Shown: positions 10,989-21,839, counted from the first letter of the stretch. The stretch: DNA of 64,000 bases from Patescibacteria group bacterium (GCA_026004395.1 BPJB01000001.1:841226-905225), one strand, 5' to 3'. Notes: generated from the letters alone by a model not told the origin. Numbers and translations are program-made.

Positions 10989-11858
10989 ATGAAAGCGCGA
11001 GTTGTATTTTTCGGCACTCCTGAATTTGTTATACCAGTCCTCAAATCGCTTTATCTAAATTTTGATCTCGTAGGCGTCGTGACAGCCCCAGATAGTATCC
11101 AAGGGAGAAAAAAGCTACTCACACCCTCTCCTGTTAAAAAATATTGTCTTGAAAGATCACTCTCTCCCATCTTTACTCCCGAGAGATTAGATCACCCAAC
11201 AGCTAAAGATTTAAAAACACTTCGTCCTGATCTTTTTATTGTTGCAGCTTATGGCAAAATACTACCTAAAATAATTCTTGATATTCCTACCCAAGGAGCG
11301 TTAAATATTCATCCATCACTTCTTCCCAATTATCGAGGACCATCTCCTATTCAATCTGCAATTCTTAATGGAGATTATAAAACGGGAATTTCAATCATAA
11401 AAATGGATGATCAAATGGATCATGGCCCTATTCTCAAACAATGGGTATTCCCTATATCAGAAAAAGATACCTCTGAAAGTCTTCATACAAATATGTTTGC
11501 TGATGCATCCAAAAAACTTCCTTCTATTATTGAAGATTATTTACAGGGATCGTTATCACCACAACCCCAAGATGACACTCAAGCAACATACTGTCCTCTA
11601 ATTACCAAAAAAAGTGGTTTTTTTTCGCTGAAAAATCCTCCATCTCCTGAAATACTGGATCGAATGATTCGAGCATACTATCCCTGGCCTACAGTATGGA
11701 CTACTCTAAAAATTAAAGAAAAAGAAGTACGCATTAAGTTCTTACCCGATTATAAACTACAAGTTGAAGGAGGTAAACCTTTAACTCTTAAAGAGTTTCT
11801 TAACGGATATCCTGAACTCAAAACAACAATACAAAAATTATTTAATTTACCTTCTTAA
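10989..11858 (+). CDS. fmt: Methionyl-tRNA formyltransferase
   Basis: MKARVVFFGTPEF start and ALNIHPSLLPNYRGPSPIQSAILNGD formyltransferase core; def-fmt operon. Confidence 0.9.
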   Translation: MKARVVFFGTPEFVIPVLKSLYLNFDLVGVVTAPDSIQGRKKLLTPSPVKKYCLERSLSPIFTPERLDHPTAKDLKTLRPDLFIVAAYGKILPKIILDIPTQGALNIHPSLLPNYRGPSPIQSAILNGDYKTGISIIKMDDQMDHGPILKQWVFPISEKDTSESLHTNMFADASKKLPSIIEDYLQGSLSPQPQDDTQATYCPLITKKSGFFSLKNPPSPEILDRMIRAYYPWPTVWTTLKIKEKEVRIKFLPDYKLQVEGGKPLTLKEFLNGYPELKTTIQKLFNLPS

Positions 11859-11871
11859 GGCTTGCAGTGGT

Positions 11872-12108
11872 CTAAACCGATAATTGTGCAGAAGATCCTT
11901 TGGCAGAAAGCACGTTTTGAGCAGCGGCAACTCTCTTATACATTCGAAGACACTTAGTACATAATTTCATCTTCTTTGCCGTTCCATCAATGACGATGCG
12001 TGCAGTATGCAGATTGGGGCGGAATTTTCTGAGAGTTCGACGCTTTGAATGAGACACATTGTGCCCATAAAGAATTCCCTTTCCGCATGATTCACATTTC
12101 ATAGCCAT
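11872..12108 (-). CDS. rpmB: 50S ribosomal protein L28 (78 aa); the listed 132-aa ORF is over-extended upstream
   Basis: MAMKCESCGKGILYGHNVSHSKRRTLRKFRPNLHTARIV matches the L28 family; AAGGAG Shine-Dalgarno 8 nt upstream of the ATG at 12108. Confidence 0.8.
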   Translation of the reverse strand: MAMKCESCGKGILYGHNVSHSKRRTLRKFRPNLHTARIVIDGTAKKMKLCTKCLRMYKRVAAAQNVLSAKGSSAQLSV

Positions 12109-12226
12109 AGACAAATACTCCTTAAGTTTATATACTATACCATAGATCAATTCAGATCTCAAGACTGTCAAAAGCTGAAAATTAAATTTAACATTAAAAA
12201 GGGTAATTAATTTTTTTTTATTTATT

Positions 12227-12889
12227 ATGGATCTACTCTTCAACCCAATTGTCGGCGCACTTATTACCATAACAATTCTTGTCTTCTCTGCTATTTTCCA
12301 TGAAATAGCTCATGGTTATGTCGCAGATAGATTTGGTGATCCCACTGCACGACTTATGGGCAGATTGACTCTGGATCCTAGAAAACACATTGATCCATTC
12401 TTAAGTATTATTCTTCCACTTCTACTTTTTCTCTCCAATACAGGCATTATTTTCGGCGGCGCAAAACCTGTACCTGTTGATCCTTTTAATCTTAGAGACG
12501 GAAGAAAAGATATTGCACTAGTATCTCTTGCTGGACCTATGACCAATATTCTTCTTGCAGTCCTTGGTACACTCATCATAAAATTACTCTTTCCGCAAAC
12601 ATCGCTTTTTCTTATTCAACATTCATCCTTTATTGGATTTATTCTAGGAACTACTGTACAAATCAACCTTTTGTTGGCTATTTTTAATCTTCTTCCTATA
12701 CCACCACTCGATGGATCAAAAATATTTGCAATGATTCTCCCAGAAAGAATTGCTGATGCTTATCTTTCTCTTAGCTCAGTTGGTACACTGCTTCTACTTA
12801 TTCTCCTTCTTTTTCCCATCGGAGGATTTTCTCTTCTTGGAGTAGTAGCAACACTTTTTGGTTATTCTCTAAAACTACTAGGTTTATAG
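12227..12889 (+). CDS. Site-2 protease family (peptidase M50) integral membrane metalloprotease
   Basis: HEIAHG (HExxH) in the first TM region, a later LDG motif, about 6 TM helices. Confidence 0.65.
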   Translation: MDLLFNPIVGALITITILVFSAIFHEIAHGYVADRFGDPTARLMGRLTLDPRKHIDPFLSIILPLLLFLSNTGIIFGGAKPVPVDPFNLRDGRKDIALVSLAGPMTNILLAVLGTLIIKLLFPQTSLFLIQHSSFIGFILGTTVQINLLLAIFNLLPIPPLDGSKIFAMILPERIADAYLSLSSVGTLLLLILLLFPIGGFSLLGVVATLFGYSLKLLGL

Positions 12890-13246
12890 CTAACTTTTCT
12901 CCGATATATTAACGAAAAAAAACTATAATCCTTGACACGTAGCTAAGACATGAATATACTGATCTTGCTCTTTGATACTTGAGTTGGTTGCAAATATTTT
13001 TTCTCTACAAATTCATTTGCAATGAGGTATTCCGCTTGCATGAGCAACGCGGGAGACAAGGTGGTTTTCAACTAGCTCGTGGGCTAGTTGACAGCCTTCC
13101 TAATTGTTATATCTCAGGGAAAATGAGCAACAATAAACTCGGTATTCAAAGAGCGAAGTTATTATCAATTTAACAATGCAAAAACCATACATTTGGTATC
13201 AATAATACTAGCAAGTATGGTTTTTGTTTTATTTTTTGCTTTAGTA

Positions 13247-13275
13247 TTGCCCCTGATCCTCTTGTTTGGTACAAT
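13247..13275 (+). promoter_or_regulatory. Putative sigma70-type promoter for the tRNA-Thr/tRNA-Tyr pair
   Basis: TTGCCC (13247..13252), 17-bp spacer, TGgTACAAT extended -10 (13270..13275); the first tRNA starts at 13298. Confidence 0.4.
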
Positions 13276-13297
13276 GATGCGAAGAAAATAAATAAAT

Positions 13298-13372
13298 GCC
13301 GAAGTAACTCAGCGGTAGAGTAGCTGTTTTGTAAACAGCAAGTCATGGGTTCGAATCCCATCTTCGGCTCCA
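13298..13372 (+). tRNA. tRNA-Thr (anticodon TGT), CCA encoded
   Basis: Acceptor GCCGAAG/CTTCGGC, D-stem ACTC/GAGT, anticodon stem GCTGT/ACAGC with loop TTTGTAA, T-arm ATGGG-TTCGAAT-CCCAT. Confidence 0.85.
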
Positions 13373-13456
13373 GCTGGGGTGGCAGAGCAGCAATTGCACG
13401 TGGCTGTAGACCACGCGTCCGAAAGGGCTACGGGGGTGCAAGTCCCTCCCCCAGCA
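13373..13456 (+). tRNA. tRNA-Tyr (anticodon GTA), type II with long variable arm; abuts tRNA-Thr with no spacer
   Basis: Acceptor GCTGGGG/CCCCAGC, anticodon stem CGTGG/CCACG with loop CTGTAGA, long variable arm, T-loop TGCAAGT. Confidence 0.8.
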
Positions 13457-14068
13457 CAAAAAATCGCTTCTTAAGAATTGTTTTTGTTGGCAAATTAACT
13501 ATCTGTTTCTTCCCCAAAAAATAACAAGCTTAATAAAATATTCTCAAAAAAGAATGAACTTTTTGCTATGTAAGAAAGATCCACGTTCCATTGACTAGAA
13601 TTAGACATAAAACCGTCTGTTAGATGAAAAGATATAAAATTATCAGAAAATCCAAACATGAAGCAAATAATCTTAAATTAAATCCTAAAGAAAATCCTTT
13701 CTCTATAGAGAGTGTTTTTCTATCCATCGAATCTTATCTACAAAATATATGCAATAAAAGAAAATGTCAGAAATTCTTTGAATATAGCTAATCTCTTTCA
13801 CTTGGCTGTATTTTCAAAAGTGCTCCAGAAAATATATTGCTTTCAAAGAGAAAATAAAATTGAGATTAATTTGCTTTAACTTTCCTAATTTTCTTGAAAA
13901 GCTACTAACCAAAAATACTTGAGATACTAGATGAAAAATTTGGTAAAATAATCCTCATTCCAACTAAAGGAAGCTAAGTATATATAAAAAGAAAATTACT
14001 TTCTAGTATTTACATATGTTGAACAACACAAACTTAAAGTTTGGATAATGAAATTAAAAATTTAAAAT

Positions 14069-14143
14069 GCCGATGTAGCTTAGTGGTAAAGCACACCCTT
14101 GGTAAGGGTGAGACCACGGGTTCGATCCCCGTCATCGGCTCCA
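14069..14143 (+). tRNA. tRNA-Thr (anticodon GGT), CCA encoded
   Basis: Acceptor GCCGATG/CATCGGC, D-stem GCTT/AAGC, anticodon stem CACCC/GGGTG with loop TTGGTAA, T-arm ACGGG-TTCGATC-CCCGT. Confidence 0.85.
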
Positions 14144-14539
14144 AAATCAAAATTTGAGAAGTTAAATGAATTTTTTAGCAACACTTTCATAGTATATAAA
14201 AAGTGTTCTAAAACTGAAAAATAGCTTTTATTATAATATTTTCCATATTGACATTTATATCATTCCTTAAGGTGAAGAGATCAAAACTACTGATCTCAGT
14301 TAGCAATTTCGAATCAAAAAATCAATATTGTAGTATGGATAAACTATTATTTATTTATTAAAGTAAAGTCGACAAAAGACCTTTATTTCTAAAAAATCAG
14401 ATACTTTATCAGAAAACATCTTACTTTATATTAGACTCTACAAAATCCTAAAAATTTATGTTAAAATGTAAAAACTTATCAAGCAGTTGTTTTTATTTTT
14501 ATAAAGATAAAATAACAAAAGCTGTTAGTTTTTAAATTT

Positions 14540-14716
14540 ATGGCAAAAAAAGGAGAACATCGTATCACAATTGGTCTTGTTTGTACTGTCTGCAAGAATA
14601 GAAATTACGTAACAACTAAAAATAAGATGGAGACACCAGAGAAGCTAGTCTTAAGAAAATTCTGCAAACATTGCCGCAAGGTCACAGAGCACAAAGAAGT
14701 CGAAAAGCTTAAATAA
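14540..14716 (+). CDS. rpmG: 50S ribosomal protein L33 (58 aa; below the ORF-track size cut-off)
   Basis: Translation MAKKGEHRITIGLVCTVCKNRNYVTTKNKMETPEKLVLRKFCKHCRKVTEHKEVEKLK carries the L33 CxxC...CxxC zinc-ribbon pattern and sits in the conserved position before secE-nusG. Confidence 0.8.
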   Translation: MAKKGEHRITIGLVCTVCKNRNYVTTKNKMETPEKLVLRKFCKHCRKVTEHKEVEKLK

Positions 14717-14980
14717 ACTATTTCTTAACTTACCACATTCGTGCTATTTTTTCTTGTTATTTTTTGCTATCTATTTTTGCTATCCAAAACCTTAACCCAA
14801 TAAAATTTTAAAATAAAATTAATTCTCTTCAGGGTAAGAATGTAAGTAATAAAATTCTTGACTATGGTATATGATACATTTGTGCCTCATGTTTCTTGAA
14901 ACAAACTGACCAAAACAGTAGAAAATCAGCTCACAACAACACTTGAGCTTGTTTTAGCAAGAATCGCTAAAGAAGAAGAG

Positions 14981-15286
14981 ATGAAAGACTTTCTTCTCTC
15001 TTTATTGACCCCAACCGAAAGGATTATGCTAGCCAAAAGACTCGCAATTATTATTCTTTTAAAAGAAGGGCTTCCAGAGTGGCGTATTGCTGATGCTTTA
15101 CACATGACGCGAATCACAGTATCCAGGATGCAACTTTTCCTGGAAGCAAGAGGCAAGGGTTATGAAATTGCTTTGCAAGTCCTGCAAAACGAAAAAGTTA
15201 TGCAAGATATAAAAACTTTACTTCTGAAACTCGCAGGTTACGCTGTAAGAGCAGCTGGCGGACGAGTTAAGCCCTCTATTATCTGA
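14981..15286 (+). CDS. YerC/TrpR-family helix-turn-helix protein
   Basis: LLTPTERIMLAKRLAIIILLKEGLPEWRIADALHMTRITVSRM matches the TrpR/YerC fold. The frame is open upstream to 14900 (…LARIAKEEE-M) with no ATG/GTG/TTG, so the N-terminus may be longer. Confidence 0.5.
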   Translation: MKDFLLSLLTPTERIMLAKRLAIIILLKEGLPEWRIADALHMTRITVSRMQLFLEARGKGYEIALQVLQNEKVMQDIKTLLLKLAGYAVRAAGGRVKPSII

Positions 15287-15412
15287 CAATCTATTTGACA
15301 ATCTACATCTTCTGTATCATAAGTTAATATATGATACAGGTAAAAAAATTGCGTTGAAGACAAAAACCAAGTATAATTTCTCTAATTTTGAGATTTCTTA
15401 AATTTTGTGTAA

Positions 15413-15483
15413 AGGGGTGTCGGTTAACGGTAAACCAGCGGTCTCCAAAACCGCGACTGGGGGTTCGATTCCCTCCGCCCCTG
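15413..15483 (+). tRNA. tRNA-Trp (anticodon CCA)
   Basis: Acceptor AGGGGTG/CGCCCCT, anticodon stem GCGGT/ACCGC with loop CTCCAAA, T-arm GGGGG-TTCGATT-CCCTC; canonical location upstream of secE. Confidence 0.8.
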
Positions 15484-15755
15484 CAGACATTGCTTCATTA
15501 ATTCGCTAACTCTGACTTCTCATTTTATTATTCTTTCACATTCTAAGATAAAAGTCATATAGGTATGTCTTAACGTTATCAACTTTGATAACACATTACC
15601 CCAATTACCTCTACTCTACATCCTAAAATACTCAAAAATAAAATTATGATGATTGTTAATGTCACTGCAAAAGCCCCAATATGTCGTGTTTGTCTCTAAC
15701 ACAATCACACCGGTAGTTAATACTTTTAAAGCAGTATATAAAGTTTACGCCAACA

Positions 15756-16607
15756 TCACCTGAATTTAAAAAAAAGTATATTCCCAATAAGAAGTGCACT
15801 AATTAAGATATCAGGTGGTCTTGAGATTGGCAATTTATTTAATAGAAAAACAAAACTTATGATCAATACCGCAATCATCAACCCATAAAGTATTTGTCTT
15901 GTTTTCATAACTGGCGATGTTTGTGGCTCTGGAAGCATTACTAATGCATAGAACAGACTGCCGGGATTAATTAGAGTTTGTAATAATCCAATGGTAGAAG
16001 TGCCGTTTACAAGCTCTATAATACTGTAGAATAAAAGGTATGCTAGAATGGTCCCAAACCTTCTTAATCTTAAAGCTGAAACATAGGCGATTCCTATTAA
16101 AGGAATATAAAGTAAAATCTGAAGAAGAGTATTATCCACAGGAAGAGTTAATCCCCACCATGAAGGATTAATCCCAAGAATAATCCATCCGACAAAAAAC
16201 CCTGATGCTGCTGGATTAAATACATGTCTTCCACCTATTCGAACAAAGTTTTTAATCCCCATCGCAATAATACATATCAAAAAAAGCTGGTACCACTTAA
16301 TAGATGGATCAACAATTAAGGTAATGATTAAGCTAGTAACAACTGCAGCGTAAGGAATAAATAGCTTTCTTCTAAGAAGGTAAGTAAAAAAAAGATCAGA
16401 TAACACACAGTAACCAAGACAACTTATGAAAAGATAAACTGCTAATTGAAAACCAATGAGAGGATAAGCTGTAAGCAAAAGAAATAACAAAAGAAGAATA
16501 ATCTGTACCTTAGGAATTCTAATAATCTCTCTCATCTTTTTTGAATAAACTCCAATTATTATCACAATAACAAAGTTTTGTTGTGTATACAATATAATTG
16601 TGCGCAA
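15756..16607 (-). CDS. Standalone RnfD/NqrB-family-like polytopic membrane protein (probable start at 16535, MREII...)
   Basis: GGRHVFNPAASGFFVGW resembles the RnfD GGLGQNPFNPAMIGY segment, and LVMLPEPQTSPVMKTRQILYG resembles RnfD ILTDPVTASTTNRGRLIFG. No other rnf/nqr genes are nearby. Confidence 0.4.
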   Translation of the reverse strand: MRTIILYTQQNFVIVIIIGVYSKKMREIIRIPKVQIILLLLFLLLTAYPLIGFQLAVYLFISCLGYCVLSDLFFTYLLRRKLFIPYAAVVTSLIITLIVDPSIKWYQLFLICIIAMGIKNFVRIGGRHVFNPAASGFFVGWIILGINPSWWGLTLPVDNTLLQILLYIPLIGIAYVSALRLRRFGTILAYLLFYSIIELVNGTSTIGLLQTLINPGSLFYALVMLPEPQTSPVMKTRQILYGLMIAVLIISFVFLLNKLPISRPPDILISALLIGNILFFKFR

Positions 16608-16746
16608 AAAATTATATATTTACAAAAGTTTAGATAAAAATTTTTTTAGAATAACCCTTAACCGATTGCTCAAACCAATTGACATAGCAATCAATATTGA
16701 TAGTAAAAATGCTTATTTAAATTTTTCATTTAAAGTCCTATAACAC

Positions 16747-16798
16747 AAATCACAAAATACCGCTCGAGTGTGAATTTGTGATTTGCTCTTACAATTCT
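16747..16798. repeat. REP-like palindromic element, copy 1 of 4
   Basis: aaatcacaaaataccgCTCGAGtgtgaatttgtgatttgctcttacaattct: 8-bp terminal stems (atcacaaa/tttgtgat, 16749..16782), a CTCGAG centre and a conserved 3' tail. Confidence 0.85.
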
Positions 16799-17523
16799 TT
16801 ATTCCAGCAATTAAAGTAATTAACTTATTTAACTTAATATCAATCTAAATTAGATAAACATGTTAAATAAGGTAGATTTTTTTATCTAGTAGTAAATTTG
16901 TTCTCCACGTTTCTGCTGTATTATAAAGACAGTTGTTGCCTGAGATTAATTTACCTCTTTTTGATTGCAAACATCTTTTTATAAAACTAAAATCCTAACT
17001 CTCTTGTACAATCTGAGGTATTTCAATATTCACCAAAAAATTATTAATTATGCTCAGCTCTTAAATCTTAAAAAAGTTTTGAATGTAATATATATACACT
17101 TATTCTTTCAGCCTCTAACACCTTACAGAAAAGTTACTCAGCCAGTCCCTATAGCTTGATAATAAACAAAAATAATTATAAGAATAGCTTGAATATATAG
17201 ATGGATTATCATTACGTTGATTATTCTTAAAAAAATATTATACTTTTCTCATGAAAGACGCTCAAAGAAAACAATTTTTCACTTCCACTGAACTTAGAAT
17301 TATCGCCTTAAGTTTGAGTATTCTATCTTTGGGCTTGGCGATTGCCTACATTGGTTTTATGCTCTTTCTTAAATCAAAATGAGAATTTACCAAGTTAAAA
17401 GTCAGCTTAATGATAAGTATTAATGAAAAAATCTATCTCTCCTTAAATTCACAATTTCAATAAATCTGGCAGAGATTTTTCAACTTTTAAGCATGAGAAG
17501 TTTAAAGAATAAAATATATTATT

Positions 17524-19698
17524 TTAATTATTTTTGGGTAGCTCTACAGTAAAAGTAGTCCCTTCTTTAGGTTTACTAACAAGCGAAATTTTACCACCAT
17601 GAGCCTGTACGATTTGATTGACGATATAGAGCCCAACTCCTAGCCCCTTGTATTTACCTTTTATAGACCCTCTTTCAAAACGATCAAAAACCTTTTGTTG
17701 TTGATCTTGAGGAATACCTATACCATGATCACGGACTATGAGAATTGCGTTATACTTACTATCTTTTACCAGCACCTCAATTGGCTTTCCTGCACCGTAT
17801 TTTATGGCATTAGTTATCAAGTTTGTCACTACTTGTTCCAATCGTACACGATCCCAATTACCTGTAACGGAGTTCTCCGAAAAAAGATTAATAGGAGTGC
17901 TTGTTTTTTTTGCTTGTTCAGTAAACCTTGATACCACATCTGAGGCTATCTTATCTAATTGTGTTTTTTCTTTTTCAAGTTGCAGTCTTCCTGTTGAAAT
18001 AAGAGAGTAATTCAATAAATCATTGACTAGTTTACCTAATCGTTTGCTTTGATTAATAGTACTCTCCAACATTTGCATTGTACGTTCAATGGAAAATGTT
18101 GCCAATGACTGATTTTTAATACTATGAAGTACACTCTGAAGTTGAAGAAGCATAGAAGTTAATGGTGTCTTCAACTCATGAGATGCAATTGATAAAAATT
18201 CATCGCGTGCTTTTACCGCCTCCCGTGTCTCTTGATAAAGCATAGCGTTATCTATAGCAACAGCAATACGCTCTGCAATTTCTTTTGCAATTCTAAAATC
18301 TCTCTCTCTAAAAATCCTCCCCTTCTGAAAATTCCCAAATGTCACAACACCAATTATCCTCGAACGAATCCTAAGTGGAATTGCGATAACTGACTGAAGC
18401 CTTAAACTTCTTTGCAGTTGCAAATGCTGCTCATCTGCTGCCACTTCCTCCTCCAATCTAGAAGTTATGTAGGGAATAAACTTTGGTTTATTACTATGTA
18501 AAACAGATGCACTTATGCTCTTTGTTTTGCTGGTAGGTGGATATCTTTTAGCAAGTTCTTGTAATATTCGTTGTTTTTCACGACTTTTAGACTCAATTTC
18601 CAACAATTCAACTTTTCTCTTTGCATGAGTGATATAAACTTCACAAAAATCAGCAAAAAGAGGTACAATAAGCCTGACAAGACCACCTAATATTTTTTGA
18701 GGATCAAATGTTGCTACCTTATAGGTACTAAGCACTGCCAAAAGCTCCAAAGCTTGTCTTGATTCATATCGTTCAATAGCAGCTGCAATAACATTGGCAA
18801 TTGTTTGCAAAAACTCTACATCATGCCTAGAAAAATCTCTGCGTGTTTTGGTAAAAATACTTAGTATTCCATAGGGGCCATTTGTTCCTGGTATTAAAAC
18901 ATTAATACCACTAACTACTCCCATATCAACAAAAATAGAAGATTGCCGAAATCTCCGATCCTTAACTAGATCTTTTATAATAATAGGTTTTCTTGCACTA
19001 AGAGTATAATCCAAAAGAGTATCATCTTCTGCACTAAGCACTGCTTTTCTTAGAATATCCTTCTTCAAACCAAACCCAGACTGCAGACGCATCCTCTTTC
19101 CATCAGGCAAAACCTCAAAAAGCTGACAAAAATCTGCATTGAGTGTATAAGCAATTGAGCGAACAACTTTATCTAAAAACGATGTCAGATTCCTCTCAAC
19201 GCCATACTGACTAATAGTTGCAATAATTGATTGTTGAGCGGCACGAAGACTAAGAGCTGAATAAGCTTTATTGCGCCAATGTACAACAAGAATTACAATC
19301 GTTGCTTCAATTATATAGACAGTAAGCTCTAAAAGATCAGTAAATTTAATCAGTTGAAGTTGTCTCCCCGGAGCTAAGAAAAAGTAAGCAATCCCCAGAA
19401 CAGTCAATAGAGTTGCGACAGCACCGGGTCCTATTCCTCCAAACCATGCACTGATTAACACAGCCGGAAAAAGAAAGATAAAAGGAGTCAAGCTGCCGAT
19501 AAGCGGATCGAGACTAATTTTAAGAAAAATAAAAAAAATACTCAGTAAGAGAGCTAAACTATAGTGTGTAACTCTGGAATGCACGCGTGTAAGAGATATT
19601 ACCTTTTCTAGTCTATCACTGAGGACATTTTTTTGCCTGCTTGGGAAAACAAAACTTATAAGCTTGTTATCCACGGTAAACATGTCTGTATTATACAA
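17524..19698 (-). CDS. Sensor histidine kinase: KdpD-like N-terminal membrane domain, two GAF-like domains, HisKA, HATPase_c
   Basis: 4-TM N-terminus; H-box SHELKTPLTSM; N-box LITNAIKYG; G-boxes DHGIGIP and GLGVGLYIV. No response regulator is adjacent. Confidence 0.8.
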   Translation of the reverse strand: MYNTDMFTVDNKLISFVFPSRQKNVLSDRLEKVISLTRVHSRVTHYSLALLLSIFFIFLKISLDPLIGSLTPFIFLFPAVLISAWFGGIGPGAVATLLTVLGIAYFFLAPGRQLQLIKFTDLLELTVYIIEATIVILVVHWRNKAYSALSLRAAQQSIIATISQYGVERNLTSFLDKVVRSIAYTLNADFCQLFEVLPDGKRMRLQSGFGLKKDILRKAVLSAEDDTLLDYTLSARKPIIIKDLVKDRRFRQSSIFVDMGVVSGINVLIPGTNGPYGILSIFTKTRRDFSRHDVEFLQTIANVIAAAIERYESRQALELLAVLSTYKVATFDPQKILGGLVRLIVPLFADFCEVYITHAKRKVELLEIESKSREKQRILQELAKRYPPTSKTKSISASVLHSNKPKFIPYITSRLEEEVAADEQHLQLQRSLRLQSVIAIPLRIRSRIIGVVTFGNFQKGRIFRERDFRIAKEIAERIAVAIDNAMLYQETREAVKARDEFLSIASHELKTPLTSMLLQLQSVLHSIKNQSLATFSIERTMQMLESTINQSKRLGKLVNDLLNYSLISTGRLQLEKEKTQLDKIASDVVSRFTEQAKKTSTPINLFSENSVTGNWDRVRLEQVVTNLITNAIKYGAGKPIEVLVKDSKYNAILIVRDHGIGIPQDQQQKVFDRFERGSIKGKYKGLGVGLYIVNQIVQAHGGKISLVSKPKEGTTFTVELPKNN

Positions 19699-19746
19699 TA
19701 CCTGACAAAAACAATATTTTATTAAATTTAAAAAATATAAATAGTC

Positions 19747-20427
19747 CTAAGAAAATCTTTTATCTTTTTTTCGTTGTCTCTCAAATGCAAATAATTGGAC
19801 CGACAAAAAGCTATAAGACAAGAAAAAAATAGCTGCTCCTAATAAAGATCCACCCACTACATCTGTTAACCAATGCTCTCCCAAATACACTCTCGATAAC
19901 AACATAGCTATATCAAAGAAAATAACCAATATTGTCAATAATTTTTTTAACCTCTTATGCATGCTTGAAGTTAATATTAGAGAAATGATAATCAAAGAAA
20001 GAAAAATAGTTCGCCCGCTATGTCCTGATGGATAAGAAAACTCAGATCTCACATGAAATTGAGGAAAGCTGATATACCTTTCTGTCCTTAGCATAAACTC
20101 AGGAGGCGGAGGATGATGAATAAAAGTCTTTCCTAAAATCTCTATAATATGGAAAACAATATATCCCCCCACAAAGAGAATGCTTGTTATAAACTTGCGA
20201 AGCAAAATCAATAAAACAATTAATAAGGAAGTTAAAATCTCAAAATTCCCAATTATACTTAGCAAAGAAAAGTAAGGATCAACACGTCGTGTGAGATTAT
20301 CTTGCAATCTCACAGTAGTATCAAAATCCAATTGATTAAGTATGTCTTTATGAACAAGATATGAAAGGAGAATAAAACCAAGGAAAAACACTATACCAGT
20401 CAGAAAAAGAAGAGGATTTTTTATCAT
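19747..20427 (-). CDS. PAP2-family membrane phosphatase (undecaprenyl-PP / lipid phosphatase-like)
   Basis: PSGHSGR and SRVYLGEHWLTDVVGG PAP2 motifs; multiple TM helices. Confidence 0.65.
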   Translation of the reverse strand: MIKNPLLFLTGIVFFLGFILLSYLVHKDILNQLDFDTTVRLQDNLTRRVDPYFSLLSIIGNFEILTSLLIVLLILLRKFITSILFVGGYIVFHIIEILGKTFIHHPPPPEFMLRTERYISFPQFHVRSEFSYPSGHSGRTIFLSLIIISLILTSSMHKRLKKLLTILVIFFDIAMLLSRVYLGEHWLTDVVGGSLLGAAIFFLSYSFLSVQLFAFERQRKKDKRFS

Positions 20428-20571
20428 TCAATTATAATACCTCAAATATTAAGCAGATTAAAGGTCACTAGGATAATTCTGATAATTTTATACTTTTGAT
20501 AAGGAAAAAATTACTTTACTGAAAATCTATCTAAATTATTGAAAAATGAATTTTTCAATACTCCAAAAATT

Positions 20572-21468
20572 TTATTCAATATTTAGACTCTTCAAATATT
20601 CTTTAAATTTACTATTGATCTCAGGATGCTCAAAGGCAAACTCAACCACTGTTTTAAGGTATTCTAATTTATTGCCTGTGTCGTAGTATTTGCCATTTTT
20701 AATTTCTGCAGCAATAACGCGTTTACCATCTTGGATCATAAGCTTAAGAGCATCGTTATAATAGAGTTCATGTCCTTCCTGAAGAGCGACAAGCGCTTTT
20801 TGGATATACTCAAAGATATCAGGTGTAAGTACAAATCCGCTAACATTAGCAAGATTTGAAGGTGCATTTGCTTTACCCGGCTTTTCAATAATTGTCTCAA
20901 CATCTATAAGACCATCTCCAATCTCGCGGCCACCGGCAAACCCATAACGATCGTAATCCTCATCTTTAGTTGCTTTGATACTAGCCAATATTGAACAACC
21001 ATACTCTTCATAGATCTCAATAAGTTGTTTGAAACGAGTAGGTGTAGCCTTGATAAAATCATCGCTCCAAGTATAGATAAATGGCTCATTGCCCACAATA
21101 TGCCCCACATTCAAAAGTGGTGTGCCATTACCATATGGTCCTTTCTGTCTCACATAAACAAAGTTAGCCATTTCTGAGATACGCTCAGTCTCCCTAAGAA
21201 GCGGCAATTTCTTCTCACCACCCATCCTCAGATTCTCAATCAACTCTAGACTCGGTCTGTCAAAATGGTCTTCAATACTTCGTTTATGATAGCCGGTTAC
21301 GATAACTATATCCTCTATTCCTGCATCCACGAGTTCCTCAACAATATGTTGGATAATTGGCTTATCCACAATCGGAAGCATTTCTTTGGGCATTGCTTTT
21401 GTCTGAGGTAGAAAACGCGTCCCAAACCCAGCAGCAGGAATAACTGCTTTGCGAATTCTAGTAGGCAT
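20572..21468 (-). CDS. galU: UTP--glucose-1-phosphate uridylyltransferase
   Basis: N-terminal KAVIPAAGFGTRFLPQTKAMPKEMLPIVDKPIIQ; 298 aa. Confidence 0.85.
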   Translation of the reverse strand: MPTRIRKAVIPAAGFGTRFLPQTKAMPKEMLPIVDKPIIQHIVEELVDAGIEDIVIVTGYHKRSIEDHFDRPSLELIENLRMGGEKKLPLLRETERISEMANFVYVRQKGPYGNGTPLLNVGHIVGNEPFIYTWSDDFIKATPTRFKQLIEIYEEYGCSILASIKATKDEDYDRYGFAGGREIGDGLIDVETIIEKPGKANAPSNLANVSGFVLTPDIFEYIQKALVALQEGHELYYNDALKLMIQDGKRVIAAEIKNGKYYDTGNKLEYLKTVVEFAFEHPEINSKFKEYLKSLNIE

Positions 21469-21839
21469 AAATTACCTCCTTAATATTGGCAAAAATAACT
21501 ACAACCTTCAATACTTCAGACTGAATCCCACCTAGAATAATCAAAGAAGTTGCTTTAGCGCTGGTAAAGGGGGAAAGCCTTTTTTGTATTCTGGATATCA
21601 TAGTTGTTGAGTTATTATATCATATCTTGAATGTTGCCATTGTATCGCTTTTAAGAGAATGCAATTGCCAATCTCTAAAGCATGCTAGCCAATCAATTTT
21701 TCATATTATTTATATTATTATACTGTTTTCTAGTTCCAATCTAGTGCTCTTTACATGACACCTCTGATTTGCTACAATTGAGTCTGTTATCCTACTCTCA
21801 GAGATGAGAGGAAGGATTTTTTTGACATAATAAAAGTTT

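Noticed and set aside
12979-13361. ORFs 12979..13173 (+) and 13170..13361 (-)
   Set aside because: Lie in the promoter/leader of the tRNA cluster and overlap tRNA-Thr; no coding signal; spurious.
17695-18010. Plus-strand ORFs inside the histidine kinase gene
   Set aside because: Antisense to a well-supported minus-strand kinase with HisKA/HATPase motifs.
21552-21585. GCTTT-N17-AAAGC hairpin plus TTTTTT upstream of galU on the plus strand
   Set aside because: No plus-strand gene precedes it; 5-bp stem with a large loop is weak; possibly a fortuitous or attenuator-like structure.
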